Shown here: one piece after another, positions 14,417-22,275 of the stretch
Position numbering within the stretch: the stretch's first letter is position 1
How the letters are laid out: each line of letters starts with the position of its first letter
Origin: Pseudodesulfovibrio mercurii
GTDB lineage: Bacteria; Desulfobacterota; Desulfovibrionia; Desulfovibrionales; Desulfovibrionaceae
Length of the DNA: 32,000 nucleotides
NCBI RefSeq assembly: GCF_000189295.2
Contig: NC_016803.1
Coordinates: forward strand, 2,640,001-2,672,000
Reading direction: 5' to 3'
Notes under the pieces: model-generated
What the model saw: the letters and a program-made list of their open reading frames with translations, nothing else
What the model was told of the DNA's origin: nothing
Databases searched by the model: none
Program-made: the position numbers and the translations under genes

Positions 14417-15082
14417 TTGAAACTGGACGCCATCATCTTCGACTTCGACGGCACCCTGGCCGACGTGCCCCTGGATTTCGACTTCATGAAGACCAAGATC
14501 GCCGCCCTCGGCGAGGTCTTCCTGGGCGAACGCCCGGTGCCGGACGGCACGCCCGCCCTGGAATGGCTGGACAAGCTGTCCGCCCTGGTCATGGAACGCG
14601 ACCGGGCCGAGGGCATGGAGTTCCTGTCGCGCGGCAGGCTGGTCATCGCGGCCATGGAACTGGACGCGGCCCGCGACGGCTGCCTGTACGAGTTCACCCG
14701 GCCCGTGCTCGACGACCTCAAGGCGCGCGGCGTGGCCCCCGGCGTCATCTCGCGCAACATCTCGGCCGCCATTAAGAAGGTCTTCCCGGACATCGAGGAC
14801 CACCTCCGGGTCTTCCTGCCCCGCGAGATCGCCCCCCGGCTCAAGCCGGACCCCGCCCACCTGCTCCAGGCCCTGGACGTCCTCGGCGTGCCCCCCGAGC
14901 GCGCCCTCATGGTCGGCGACCACCCCATGGACGTGGAGACCGGCAAGCGCGCCGGAGCCCTGTCCGCGGGCGTGACCACCGGGCGCATCGACGCCCACGG
15001 CTTCGCCCCCCACCGCCCGGACTTCATCGCCACCGACGTGGCCGCGCTCATGGCCGAACTCAAGGACTCCGGGCTGATCTGA
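14417..15082 (+). CDS. HAD-superfamily hydrolase (phosphoglycolate-phosphatase-like)
   Basis: DFDGTL (motif I) lies 8 codons after a TTG start. GGAGG (14407-14411) is 5 nt upstream. 'MVGDHPMDVETG' (motif IV). No in-frame ATG precedes motif I. Confidence 0.85.
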   Translation: MKLDAIIFDFDGTLADVPLDFDFMKTKIAALGEVFLGERPVPDGTPALEWLDKLSALVMERDRAEGMEFLSRGRLVIAAMELDAARDGCLYEFTRPVLDDLKARGVAPGVISRNISAAIKKVFPDIEDHLRVFLPREIAPRLKPDPAHLLQALDVLGVPPERALMVGDHPMDVETGKRAGALSAGVTTGRIDAHGFAPHRPDFIATDVAALMAELKDSGLI

Positions 15083-15164
15083 CCGATCCACATCCGCACT
15101 TCCAAAACCCCGCGCCCCCGTGGTAGAGTCGCCTCGTTGAACCTGCAACAAAGGATGTCTCTCC

Positions 15165-16277
15165 ATGGCTTCAAAGGTCTATTTCTGGAATCTGCGGGCC
15201 TCGTCCAAGGCCCCGTTCGGCAAGAGGATGCGCAGCCTGCTCAAGGCCGCCAAGGCTGATACACTCATCGGCGAAGGCGACCTGGCCGCCGTCAAGCTGC
15301 ACTTCGGCGAAGAGGGCGTGACCGGCTTCCTCCGCCCCCTGTGGGTCAAGCCCATCCTCGACTTCATCGCCAAGGCCGGGGGCAAACCGTTCCTGACCGA
15401 CGCCTCCACCCTGTACGTGGGCCAGCGCGGCGAGGCCGTGTCCCACTCCCTGTGCGCCGCCCGCCACGGCTGGGATCCGCTTGTGCTCGGCGCGCCCGTG
15501 GTCATCGCCGACGGCCTGCGCGGCGAATTCGAGACCGCCGTGCCCGTGGGCGGCAAGCACCTCGAAGAGGTCTACATCGCCGGGGCCATCGCCGAGGCCG
15601 ACTTCCTGGTCTCGGTCAACCATTTCAAGGGCCACGAACTGGCCGGATACGGCGGCGCGCTCAAGAACCTCGGCATGGGCGCGGCCTCCAAGAAAGGCAA
15701 GATGCAACAGCATTTCTCCACCGGCCCGATCATCAACCCGGACAACTGCCAGGCCTGCGAAGCCTGCCTGCGCGCCTGCAAGACCGGCGCCCTCTACATC
15801 GACGAGACCACCGGCAAGATCGCCCTCAACCCGGAAAAATGCGTGGGCTGCGGCGGCTGCTTCGTGGCCTGCCGACACGGCGGCCTCCAGGTCAACTGGG
15901 CGGTCGGCGTCCAGGACTTCCTCGAACGCATGATGGAATACGCCAAGGGCGTCCTGGCCACCAAGACCAAACCCTCCCTGCACGTCAACTTCGTCATGGA
16001 CGTGGTCCCTGACTGCGACTGCGTGGGCTTCACCGACGCCCCCATCTGCCCGGACATCGGCGTGCTCGTCAGCCTCGACCCCGTGGCCGTGGACCAGGCC
16101 TCCATGGACCTCGTAAGCCAGGCCCAGCCCCTCTACCCGAGCCAGCTCCCCTTCGGCGTCACCCCCGGCCAGAACAAGTTCCTCGCCATCCACCAACACG
16201 TCCCCCAGGACTTCGGCCTCGACTACGCCGAACAGATCGGCCTCGGCACCCGAGAATACGAACTCGTCAACATGTAA
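15165..16277 (+). CDS. DUF362 domain protein with an inserted 2x[4Fe-4S] ferredoxin domain
   Basis: 'FLTDASTLY', 'NHFKGHELAGYGGALKNLGMG', and two CxxCxxCxxxC motifs (CQACEACLRAC, CVGCGGCFVAC). Confidence 0.85.
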   Translation: MASKVYFWNLRASSKAPFGKRMRSLLKAAKADTLIGEGDLAAVKLHFGEEGVTGFLRPLWVKPILDFIAKAGGKPFLTDASTLYVGQRGEAVSHSLCAARHGWDPLVLGAPVVIADGLRGEFETAVPVGGKHLEEVYIAGAIAEADFLVSVNHFKGHELAGYGGALKNLGMGAASKKGKMQQHFSTGPIINPDNCQACEACLRACKTGALYIDETTGKIALNPEKCVGCGGCFVACRHGGLQVNWAVGVQDFLERMMEYAKGVLATKTKPSLHVNFVMDVVPDCDCVGFTDAPICPDIGVLVSLDPVAVDQASMDLVSQAQPLYPSQLPFGVTPGQNKFLAIHQHVPQDFGLDYAEQIGLGTREYELVNM

Positions 16278-16282
16278 ACCAA

Positions 16283-16318
16283 CCGGGCCGACGCGGAAAC
16301 GCGTCGGCCCGGCTTTTT
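16283..16318 (+). terminator. Rho-independent terminator after the DUF362 gene
   Basis: 13-bp GC stem CCGGGCCGACGCG / CGCGTCGGCCCGG with a GAAA tetraloop, followed by CTTTTT. Confidence 0.7.
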
Positions 16319-16354
16319 GGAATGCCTCCGGCGGCCCTCCCTCCGGAGGGCCGC
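16319..16354. repeat. GAATGC-CTCCGGCGG module plus 10-bp hairpin
   Basis: GGAATGCCTCCGGCGGCCCTC recurs at 29895-29915, and as a variant at 26048-26078. Hairpin GCGGCCCTCC-CTCC-GGAGGGCCGC spans 16331-16354. Confidence 0.55.
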
Positions 16355-16424
16355 AATGGGGGGAGAATAGTCCCCACTAAGGGGGGAAGACCATCCGTTA
16401 CCGAGATGAAGTCGTCAGCGGCGA

Positions 16425-18293
16425 CTACGCCCCTTTCGCAACGGTCAGTCCCAACTCCGCCAGCTTGGCGGGAGTGGGGATTCCGGTGCGATCCCAACCC
16501 CTGACATCATAATATTCGTCCAGCATCATATCGAGTTCTTCCCGGCTGATGCATTGTCCCTTGGACCCACCGTGGGCCAGGGGCTCGGAGATGAGCCGGT
16601 CGGGGAGATTGTCGTCAGCACGGGTAAATCCCTGCCGGATGTTGAAGAGACGGGCAAGGTTGTTCACCCGTTCTCCGGCCTTCTGCACCTCTTCGGGCGT
16701 ATAGACCAAACCCGTGACCGCTTCCATGAGGTCCGCGGTATTTTGCAAGGCGATGTCCGGCAGAGCCATGTCCAGCAGGAAGCCGCACATGGTGGGCAGG
16801 TCGGTGGTTGCGGTCCGCACGTCCTGGTTCCAGACGGTCAGCTCGCCCTTGCCTTCGCTGGCAAAGCGGTCCACGGCCTTGGGTACCGGAATGCCGAAGA
16901 GCTCCTGGAAGGCGTAGCCGCGGCAGTGGTCCGCCCCGGTGAAGGAGGTGGCGTAATTCAGGCCGTGGGCCTTGGCGCCGCGAACGTCGTAGGCAGGGAG
17001 TTCGAGGCCCTTGACGTGCATGGCGTACTTGCCGGAGTCCTTGCCAATGAGCTTGCCCGCAATGCGGCTGCCGTCGGCCAGCACCTTGCCGAACCCCTGG
17101 CGGTAGGACATCAGGTGCAGCAGCTCCAGCACTGTCTCCTCGTTGCCGAAGGTCAGGTCCAGGCCGCCGGTGTCCTCAAGGGTGATGATCCCCTTCTGGA
17201 ACAGCTCCATGGCGAACCCGATGGTGACGCCCGAAGACATGGTGTCGATGCCCAGCTCGTCGCACAACCGGTCGGCGGCGATGACGAAGTCCGCGCTGTG
17301 GATGCCCACCGTGCTGCCCAGGGAGTACATGGTCTCGAACTCCGGGCCTTCGGACAGGGTCCCGGCGTGCTTGCCGTCGGTAACCACGCGGACCTGGCTG
17401 CAGCCTACCGGACAGCCGTAGCACGGCTGGGACCCGCGGGTCCGTTTGCCGAATGCCTCGGCGCCCAGGTCGTCGGCCAGGGAGACCTCGCCGGTGGTCA
17501 TGTAGTTGTTGGCCGGGAAGATGCCGAGGGCGCTGGTGGCGTCCACGACCATGGATGTGCCCACCTTGGAGAACTGCGGGTAGAGATGTTCGCTCCGCTT
17601 CATGGCCTGGGTCATTCGCGACCGCGCCGCCTTGAACTTTTCCTCGTCCGCGACCTGGACCTTGCCGGTGCCGCGGATGGCGATGGCCTTGAGGTTCTTG
17701 GACCCCATGACCGCGCCCATGCCCTTGCGGCCCGCGGCGCGCAGTTCGTTGATGATGCAGGCCATACGGGAGAGGTTCTCCCCGGCGGGGCCGATGCAGG
17801 CCACGCGGACGTTGTTGTCGTGGAGCTGGTTGCGGATGGTGGTCTGGCAGTCCGAGGTGCTCATGCCCCACAACTGTCCGGCCTTGCGGAACTTCACGCT
17901 GTCGTTGTCGATCCACAGATAGACGGGCTCTTCCGAGCGACCCTCGATGATCAGGACATCATAACCGGCGAACTTCAGCTCCACCGGGAAATGGCCGCCG
18001 GTAAGCGACAGGGCCATGGCCCCGGTCAAGGGCGAAAGCGCACCCACGGCCATGCGGCTGGCACACGGCACCTTGGTGCCGGAAAAAGGTCCCGAGGCGA
18101 GGACGAGCACATTGTCCGGGCCCAGGGGGTCGGTCCCGGCCTTGACGCTGTCGTACACGATCTTGGTTGTAAATCCGGCACCACCGATGTATTCGCGGGC
18201 CAGATCCTGCGGCAGCGGTTCCACCGTCGACGTCTGCTCGGTCAGATTGATCCGCAAAATTCTGCCAGTATATCCACCATTAAACATTTCCAT
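16425..18293 (-). CDS. aor: Aldehyde:ferredoxin oxidoreductase (tungstopterin AOR family)
   Basis: 622 aa. N-terminus 'GGYTGRILRINLT' is typical of the AOR N-domain. Cys motifs are present that I take to be Fe-S ligands. AAGGAGA precedes the ATG. Confidence 0.9.
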   Translation of the reverse strand: MEMFNGGYTGRILRINLTEQTSTVEPLPQDLAREYIGGAGFTTKIVYDSVKAGTDPLGPDNVLVLASGPFSGTKVPCASRMAVGALSPLTGAMALSLTGGHFPVELKFAGYDVLIIEGRSEEPVYLWIDNDSVKFRKAGQLWGMSTSDCQTTIRNQLHDNNVRVACIGPAGENLSRMACIINELRAAGRKGMGAVMGSKNLKAIAIRGTGKVQVADEEKFKAARSRMTQAMKRSEHLYPQFSKVGTSMVVDATSALGIFPANNYMTTGEVSLADDLGAEAFGKRTRGSQPCYGCPVGCSQVRVVTDGKHAGTLSEGPEFETMYSLGSTVGIHSADFVIAADRLCDELGIDTMSSGVTIGFAMELFQKGIITLEDTGGLDLTFGNEETVLELLHLMSYRQGFGKVLADGSRIAGKLIGKDSGKYAMHVKGLELPAYDVRGAKAHGLNYATSFTGADHCRGYAFQELFGIPVPKAVDRFASEGKGELTVWNQDVRTATTDLPTMCGFLLDMALPDIALQNTADLMEAVTGLVYTPEEVQKAGERVNNLARLFNIRQGFTRADDNLPDRLISEPLAHGGSKGQCISREELDMMLDEYYDVRGWDRTGIPTPAKLAELGLTVAKGA

Positions 18294-18339
18294 TCTCCTT
18301 GGTTGAAATGTTTAAGCACCCAAAAAAGCACTCGATATG

Positions 18340-18624
18340 TTACCCGCCACAGACGGGCGAAAAAATAAGCAGTTCGTCTCCCTCCCCCATGACGGTCTCC
18401 ATGCCGTTGAGAAAACGGACGGTCTGGCCGTTGACCATGAGGAGGTAGTTTTCCTTCAGACAGCCAGGGCTGTCGTACATTTCATCGGCAAGCGGCTTGC
18501 CGAACCGATCCAGCAGGATGGCCATGACGTCGCGCACCGTGCTGTGGTCCGGCACGTCCAGGTCGAAACTCCGGGCACCGAGCACGGCCTTGACCGTGGC
18601 AAAGGAGGCTATGACGATACGCAT
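18340..18624 (-). CDS. MoaD/ThiS-family small beta-grasp protein ending in Gly-Gly
   Basis: About 94 aa ending ..FSPVCGG-stop. The ATG at 18624 has GGAGG 7 nt upstream. It overlaps the end of the upstream gene by 16 nt. Confidence 0.8.
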   Translation of the reverse strand: MRIVIASFATVKAVLGARSFDLDVPDHSTVRDVMAILLDRFGKPLADEMYDSPGCLKENYLLMVNGQTVRFLNGMETVMGEGDELLIFSPVCGG

Positions 18625-18992
18625 GGACATGCCTCCTTCCCGCATCGTTGCATGGCGTCGCGGACCAGTTCGTCCGCTACGGCCAGCACATACGCGATCT
18701 CCTCGGGCGTGGCGTCGTCCAGGTGGATGCCGCAGCTCACCGCCACGGTTCCTCCCCAGACCCCGGCCAGGCAACGGGCCGTATCCACGGCCAGCTCCCT
18801 TTCTTGATGACCGGGGAGCGGCAGCACCGATACGCGGATATCGGCACTGCCCAACCCGCCGGGGACAGCCAGAGCCACAGCTCCGATATGCGACCGGTCA
18901 CCGCCGTGCAGGGCCACGCAATAATCGTTGCCCATACGCACGATGGTCATGCGCAGCAAAAACCGTCCGTTGCCCCGCTCCAGTGAAATCAT
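18609..18992 (-). CDS. lpdD: LpdD-like small subunit / prenylated-flavin chaperone of UbiD-type decarboxylases
   Basis: 127 aa from the ATG at 18992, which overlaps the ubiX stop as ATGA. The motif 'ALHGGDRSHIGAVALA' matches my memory of LpdD (GGD/E-x-HIGAV). Position is directly after UbiD and UbiX. Confidence 0.55.
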   Translation of the reverse strand: MISLERGNGRFLLRMTIVRMGNDYCVALHGGDRSHIGAVALAVPGGLGSADIRVSVLPLPGHQERELAVDTARCLAGVWGGTVAVSCGIHLDDATPEEIAYVLAVADELVRDAMQRCGKEACPCVSS

Positions 18993-19591
18993 GCCGCCTC
19001 CTCGCCGTCCGGGACGGTGGCCTGGCCGTTCCACCGCTTCAACCCGCTGTATTCGATGCCGAACTCGTTAAGGATCTTGCCCACCATGTGGCCAGTCATG
19101 TCCGCAACCGTGCAGGGGTGGGTGTAGTAGGTGAGCATGGGGGGCATGATGACGGCCCCGACCTCGGCCAGGATCGACAGATTGCGCAGGTGAATCCGGC
19201 TCAGCGGCGTCTCCCGTGCGACCACCACGAGCTTGCGTCGTTCCTTGAGCGTGACGTCGGCGGCCCGCAGCAGCAGGTTGTCCGAATACCCGCAGGCGAC
19301 TCCGGCCGCGGTCTTCATGCTGCACGGCACGATGACCATGCCCTCGGTGCGGAAGGTGCCGCTGGCGATGGCCGCACCGATGTCCTCGCGGTCGTATGCC
19401 GTCGCGGCAAGCGCCGTGACTCCCGCCTCCGGAAATCCGGTTTCGTGCAGGAGGGTCCGGGCACCGCTCCGGCTCACCACCAGGTGGGCTTCCCAGTCCG
19501 GCAGGCTGCCCAACGCCCGCAACAGCCCCACGGCCAGCGCCGCGCCGCTGGCCCCGCTGACGCCGACCACCAATCGTTTCTTCGCATCCAT
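18989..19591 (-). CDS. ubiX: Flavin prenyltransferase UbiX
   Basis: 'RLVVGVSGASGA', 'VIVPCSMKT.AG.A.GYSDNLL.RAADV.LKERRKLV' are hallmark UbiX/Pad1 motifs. 200 aa. Confidence 0.92.
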   Translation of the reverse strand: MDAKKRLVVGVSGASGAALAVGLLRALGSLPDWEAHLVVSRSGARTLLHETGFPEAGVTALAATAYDREDIGAAIASGTFRTEGMVIVPCSMKTAAGVACGYSDNLLLRAADVTLKERRKLVVVARETPLSRIHLRNLSILAEVGAVIMPPMLTYYTHPCTVADMTGHMVGKILNEFGIEYSGLKRWNGQATVPDGEEAA

Positions 19592-19609
19592 TGGCCTTGG
19601 TCTCCCTGA

Positions 19610-21067
19610 CTACAGGTACGGGGTCGGATCTATTTCCAGGAACTGCGCCCGGCGGAAATGGTCCCTCATGGCCACGGGCACCGTGCAGTCGAAGAGCGTC
19701 TTGCAGGATATCCCTTCGGCGATGATGGACGGGCTCATGTCGGGTCGCTGGGACGGGTCCAGGGGATGGCAGCGCACGCCGGGGATGGTGACGATGTCCA
19801 CATCCCCCTGCATGCGGGTGGTCATGGCCCAGAGCACGTCGTTGGAGTCGAAGGGGTCCACGTCCTCGTCCACCAGGATGATGTTCTTCAGTTCCGGGAA
19901 TGCGGCGAAGGCGACCAGCGCGGCCTGGCGCTGGCGTCCCTCGTCCGACGGCCCCAATTTTTTGAACTGCAGGACGGCGGTGAGCTTGCCCCCGCCGCAG
20001 GAGTGGGCATAGACGTTTTGCAGACGTCCGGGCATGGCCCGCTCCACCATCTGGATGATGCTCGCCTCGGTGGGAATGCCCGCCAGGCTGACGTGCTCCT
20101 CCGAAGGGCCGATGGTGGTCTGCATAATGGGCCGCACCCGATGGGTGACGGCCTTGACCTTGAAGACGGGAACGGCCGGGTTGGCCGGGCCATTGTAACC
20201 GGGGAACTCGGGCATGGCGTGCCCGGTGAGGGTGTGCTGGTCCTCCTGCACCCGCTTGCCGGGCAAGAGCTCGCCCTCGATGACGATTTCGGCATGGGCG
20301 ATGGCCTTGGTCGACACGCTGACCGCGGGACAGAGCTCCACGGCCCGGCCGCGCAGGCCGCCCGCGATGCGCAGTTCGTTGAACCCCAGGGGCGTTGTCG
20401 GCGGCTCGAAACAGGAAGCCAGGTACACGGCGGGGTCCAGGCCGATGTTGACCGTGATGGGCAGGGCCTCGCCCCGCGCCTCGGCCTTTTGCCGGAAATG
20501 ATCGATGTGCCGCCCCGGCACGAAATACATGGATATCTCGTCCGCGGACTGCAGGCATTGGCGGTGGATGGTCACGTCCTGGTCCCCGTTTTCCGGGTCC
20601 TCGGCGTAGACCAGGCCCATGGTGATGTACGGCCCGGCGTCGTCCGGGGTGTTCGTGGGCGCGGGAAGCAGGGTGCGGATGTCGAACCCGGGGTCCGTGG
20701 CCCGGTGTACGACCTCCTGACAGGGGCCGCTCTCGACCGGCACCGGGTCGATAGGATGCCGCAGCGCCTCGTTCATGCGGAAGCCGAGCCGGTCGGGCGG
20801 CGTCCCCAGCAGACACCCGACGCGTTCGCGGCTGCCCACGATGCCGATGGCCACCCGGGAGTCGGGAAAGCCCTTGATGTTGTTGAACACCATGGCCGGG
20901 CCGGTCTTGGTGGGCCGCATGACGGTGCCGCCCCCGCCGATATACCGGTACACTCCTGCAAGCGCGGCCTCCGGAGACACCTCCACATCGGTTTCGTGAT
21001 ACTGCCCTTCCAGGGTTTTCAGGAAGGCGAGTGCCGACCGCAGGTCCGTTATCTCTTCGCAACGCAT
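19610..21067 (-). CDS. UbiD-family prFMN-dependent (de)carboxylase, AroY/LpdC-like (hydroxybenzoate type)
   Basis: 485 aa from the ATG at 21067. AAGGAG lies 11 nt upstream. The GTG at 21079 abuts the SD. Motifs LLPAPTNTPDDAGP, TGHAMPEFPGY and NIILVDEDVDPFDSNDVLWAMTTRMQGD match my recollection of protocatechuate/gallate decarboxylases. Confidence 0.9.
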   Translation of the reverse strand: MRCEEITDLRSALAFLKTLEGQYHETDVEVSPEAALAGVYRYIGGGGTVMRPTKTGPAMVFNNIKGFPDSRVAIGIVGSRERVGCLLGTPPDRLGFRMNEALRHPIDPVPVESGPCQEVVHRATDPGFDIRTLLPAPTNTPDDAGPYITMGLVYAEDPENGDQDVTIHRQCLQSADEISMYFVPGRHIDHFRQKAEARGEALPITVNIGLDPAVYLASCFEPPTTPLGFNELRIAGGLRGRAVELCPAVSVSTKAIAHAEIVIEGELLPGKRVQEDQHTLTGHAMPEFPGYNGPANPAVPVFKVKAVTHRVRPIMQTTIGPSEEHVSLAGIPTEASIIQMVERAMPGRLQNVYAHSCGGGKLTAVLQFKKLGPSDEGRQRQAALVAFAAFPELKNIILVDEDVDPFDSNDVLWAMTTRMQGDVDIVTIPGVRCHPLDPSQRPDMSPSIIAEGISCKTLFDCTVPVAMRDHFRRAQFLEIDPTPYL

Positions 21068-21130
21068 TATTTCTTGCACTCCTTTACTGCTTCATTCCGA
21101 GGCTTCAATCTACGGACTAAATAACGCTTG

Positions 21131-21173
21131 GGTAAAATACCATTTGTCGTATAGGCTCATATCGAAACGATAT
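21131..21173. promoter_or_regulatory. Two dyads in the lysR/ubiD divergent region (candidate LTTR sites)
   Basis: ATATCG-AAA-CGATAT (21159-21173) contains a T-N11-A box. GGTA-AAA-TACC lies at 21131-21141. Centres are about 30 bp apart. Confidence 0.4.
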
Positions 21174-21227
21174 AGGGTGGCTTCCCCTCCGGCAGGCCCG
21201 GCGCGATCCCGAATTTTCACTGGCGGT

Positions 21228-22229
21228 ATGAAAGGAATGAATTTTACTAAGTTGTTATATTTCAAAACGATTGTTGAACAAGGACAGATCAGCCGCGCGG
21301 CCCGGGTCCTGCACATGTCCCAACCCCCGCTCAGCCAGCGTCTCAAGGAATTGGAAGATGAGCTGGGGGTGACGCTCATCGAACGCGCCGGCACCAACTG
21401 GGCCGTCACCAGCGAGGGCAAGGCCCTGTATCAGCGGGCCCTGGACATCCTCGACCTGGTGAATGGCATCCCCGATGAAATCCAGGCTTCCCGGCTCGGG
21501 GTCGAAGGGCTGGTCACCCTCGGTTGCACCACCCTTTCCCTGTCGCTGCTGGCCCAGTTCATCCCGGCCATGAACCGGCTGCACCCCAGGATCGCCATCC
21601 GCCTGCTGGTGGACGACAGCACGGTGTTGAAACACAAGCTTGCGGAGCACGCCATCGACTTTTGCGTGACCATCACGCCGTTTACGGAGACGGGGCTGCA
21701 CATCATCCCCCTGCAACCGACCGAGTCGGTCCTCGTGGTGCCGCCATCCCTGGCCACGCCGTCCTTCACCCGGGCTGCGGCGTCCGGTGTGGAGTTGGAC
21801 ATTAGGGAATTGCACGAAAAGCCGTTGGTGATATTCCGCCGGTTCGACGGCGGGGGCACGTACATGAAGACCATGGACATCCTGCACGAATACAAGGTGA
21901 AGCCGAAAATCATTCTGGACAGCCCGGACGGTCGCATCCTGCTCGACATGCTGGAACAGGGACTGGAAGCCATGGCCCTGGTGCCGGGTAGTGAAATTCC
22001 CGAACGACTCAAGGATACGTTCGTCTTCTGCCGCCTTCCCGACTCCTTTCCGAAAATCATGCCCTGTCTGGCCGTGGTCAAGAACCGGTACCTGCCGCGG
22101 GCATCAAGGACCGTCTGGAAGGAGTTGTGCGCCTTCACCCATCGTCCGGACGTTGTTCCCGGAGCCGAGACGCCAGGGGAGTGCACGCTCTTCCCCTCCG
22201 ATACGAACGTGCCCGCATCCGATCCATAA
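21228..22229 (+). CDS. LysR-family transcriptional regulator
   Basis: HTH 'LLYFKTIVEQGQISRAARVLHMSQPPLSQRLKELEDELGVTLIER'. Start is the ATG at 21228 or 21237; the track start at 21144 is unlikely. Divergent from the UbiD operon. Confidence 0.88.
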   Translation: MKGMNFTKLLYFKTIVEQGQISRAARVLHMSQPPLSQRLKELEDELGVTLIERAGTNWAVTSEGKALYQRALDILDLVNGIPDEIQASRLGVEGLVTLGCTTLSLSLLAQFIPAMNRLHPRIAIRLLVDDSTVLKHKLAEHAIDFCVTITPFTETGLHIIPLQPTESVLVVPPSLATPSFTRAAASGVELDIRELHEKPLVIFRRFDGGGTYMKTMDILHEYKVKPKIILDSPDGRILLDMLEQGLEAMALVPGSEIPERLKDTFVFCRLPDSFPKIMPCLAVVKNRYLPRASRTVWKELCAFTHRPDVVPGAETPGECTLFPSDTNVPASDP

Positions 22230-22250
22230 GGACGCGGACGCGGGCATTTT
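22211..22250 (+). terminator. Possible terminator at the end of lysR
   Basis: GCCCGCATCCG (22211-22221) pairs with CGGACGCGGGC (22235-22245), one mismatch, followed by ATTTT. Confidence 0.35.
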
Positions 22251-22275
22251 AGGGGGTGAAGGCGAAACGTCAAAC

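Noticed and set aside
13481-15174. A 561-aa and a 283-aa minus-strand ORF opposite nfo and the HAD gene, plus the 421-aa plus-strand ORF 13510-14775
   Set aside because: These are shadow ORFs. They run through the repeat element at 14283-14416 and lack any protein-like composition.
16554-21124. Long antisense or off-frame ORFs over the AOR and UbiD genes (16554-18368 +, 19658-21124 +, 19068-21062 -)
   Set aside because: Typical shadow ORFs of high-GC coding DNA. Their composition is dominated by G/A/R/P/H/D, with no motifs. The real frames carry AOR and UbiD signatures.
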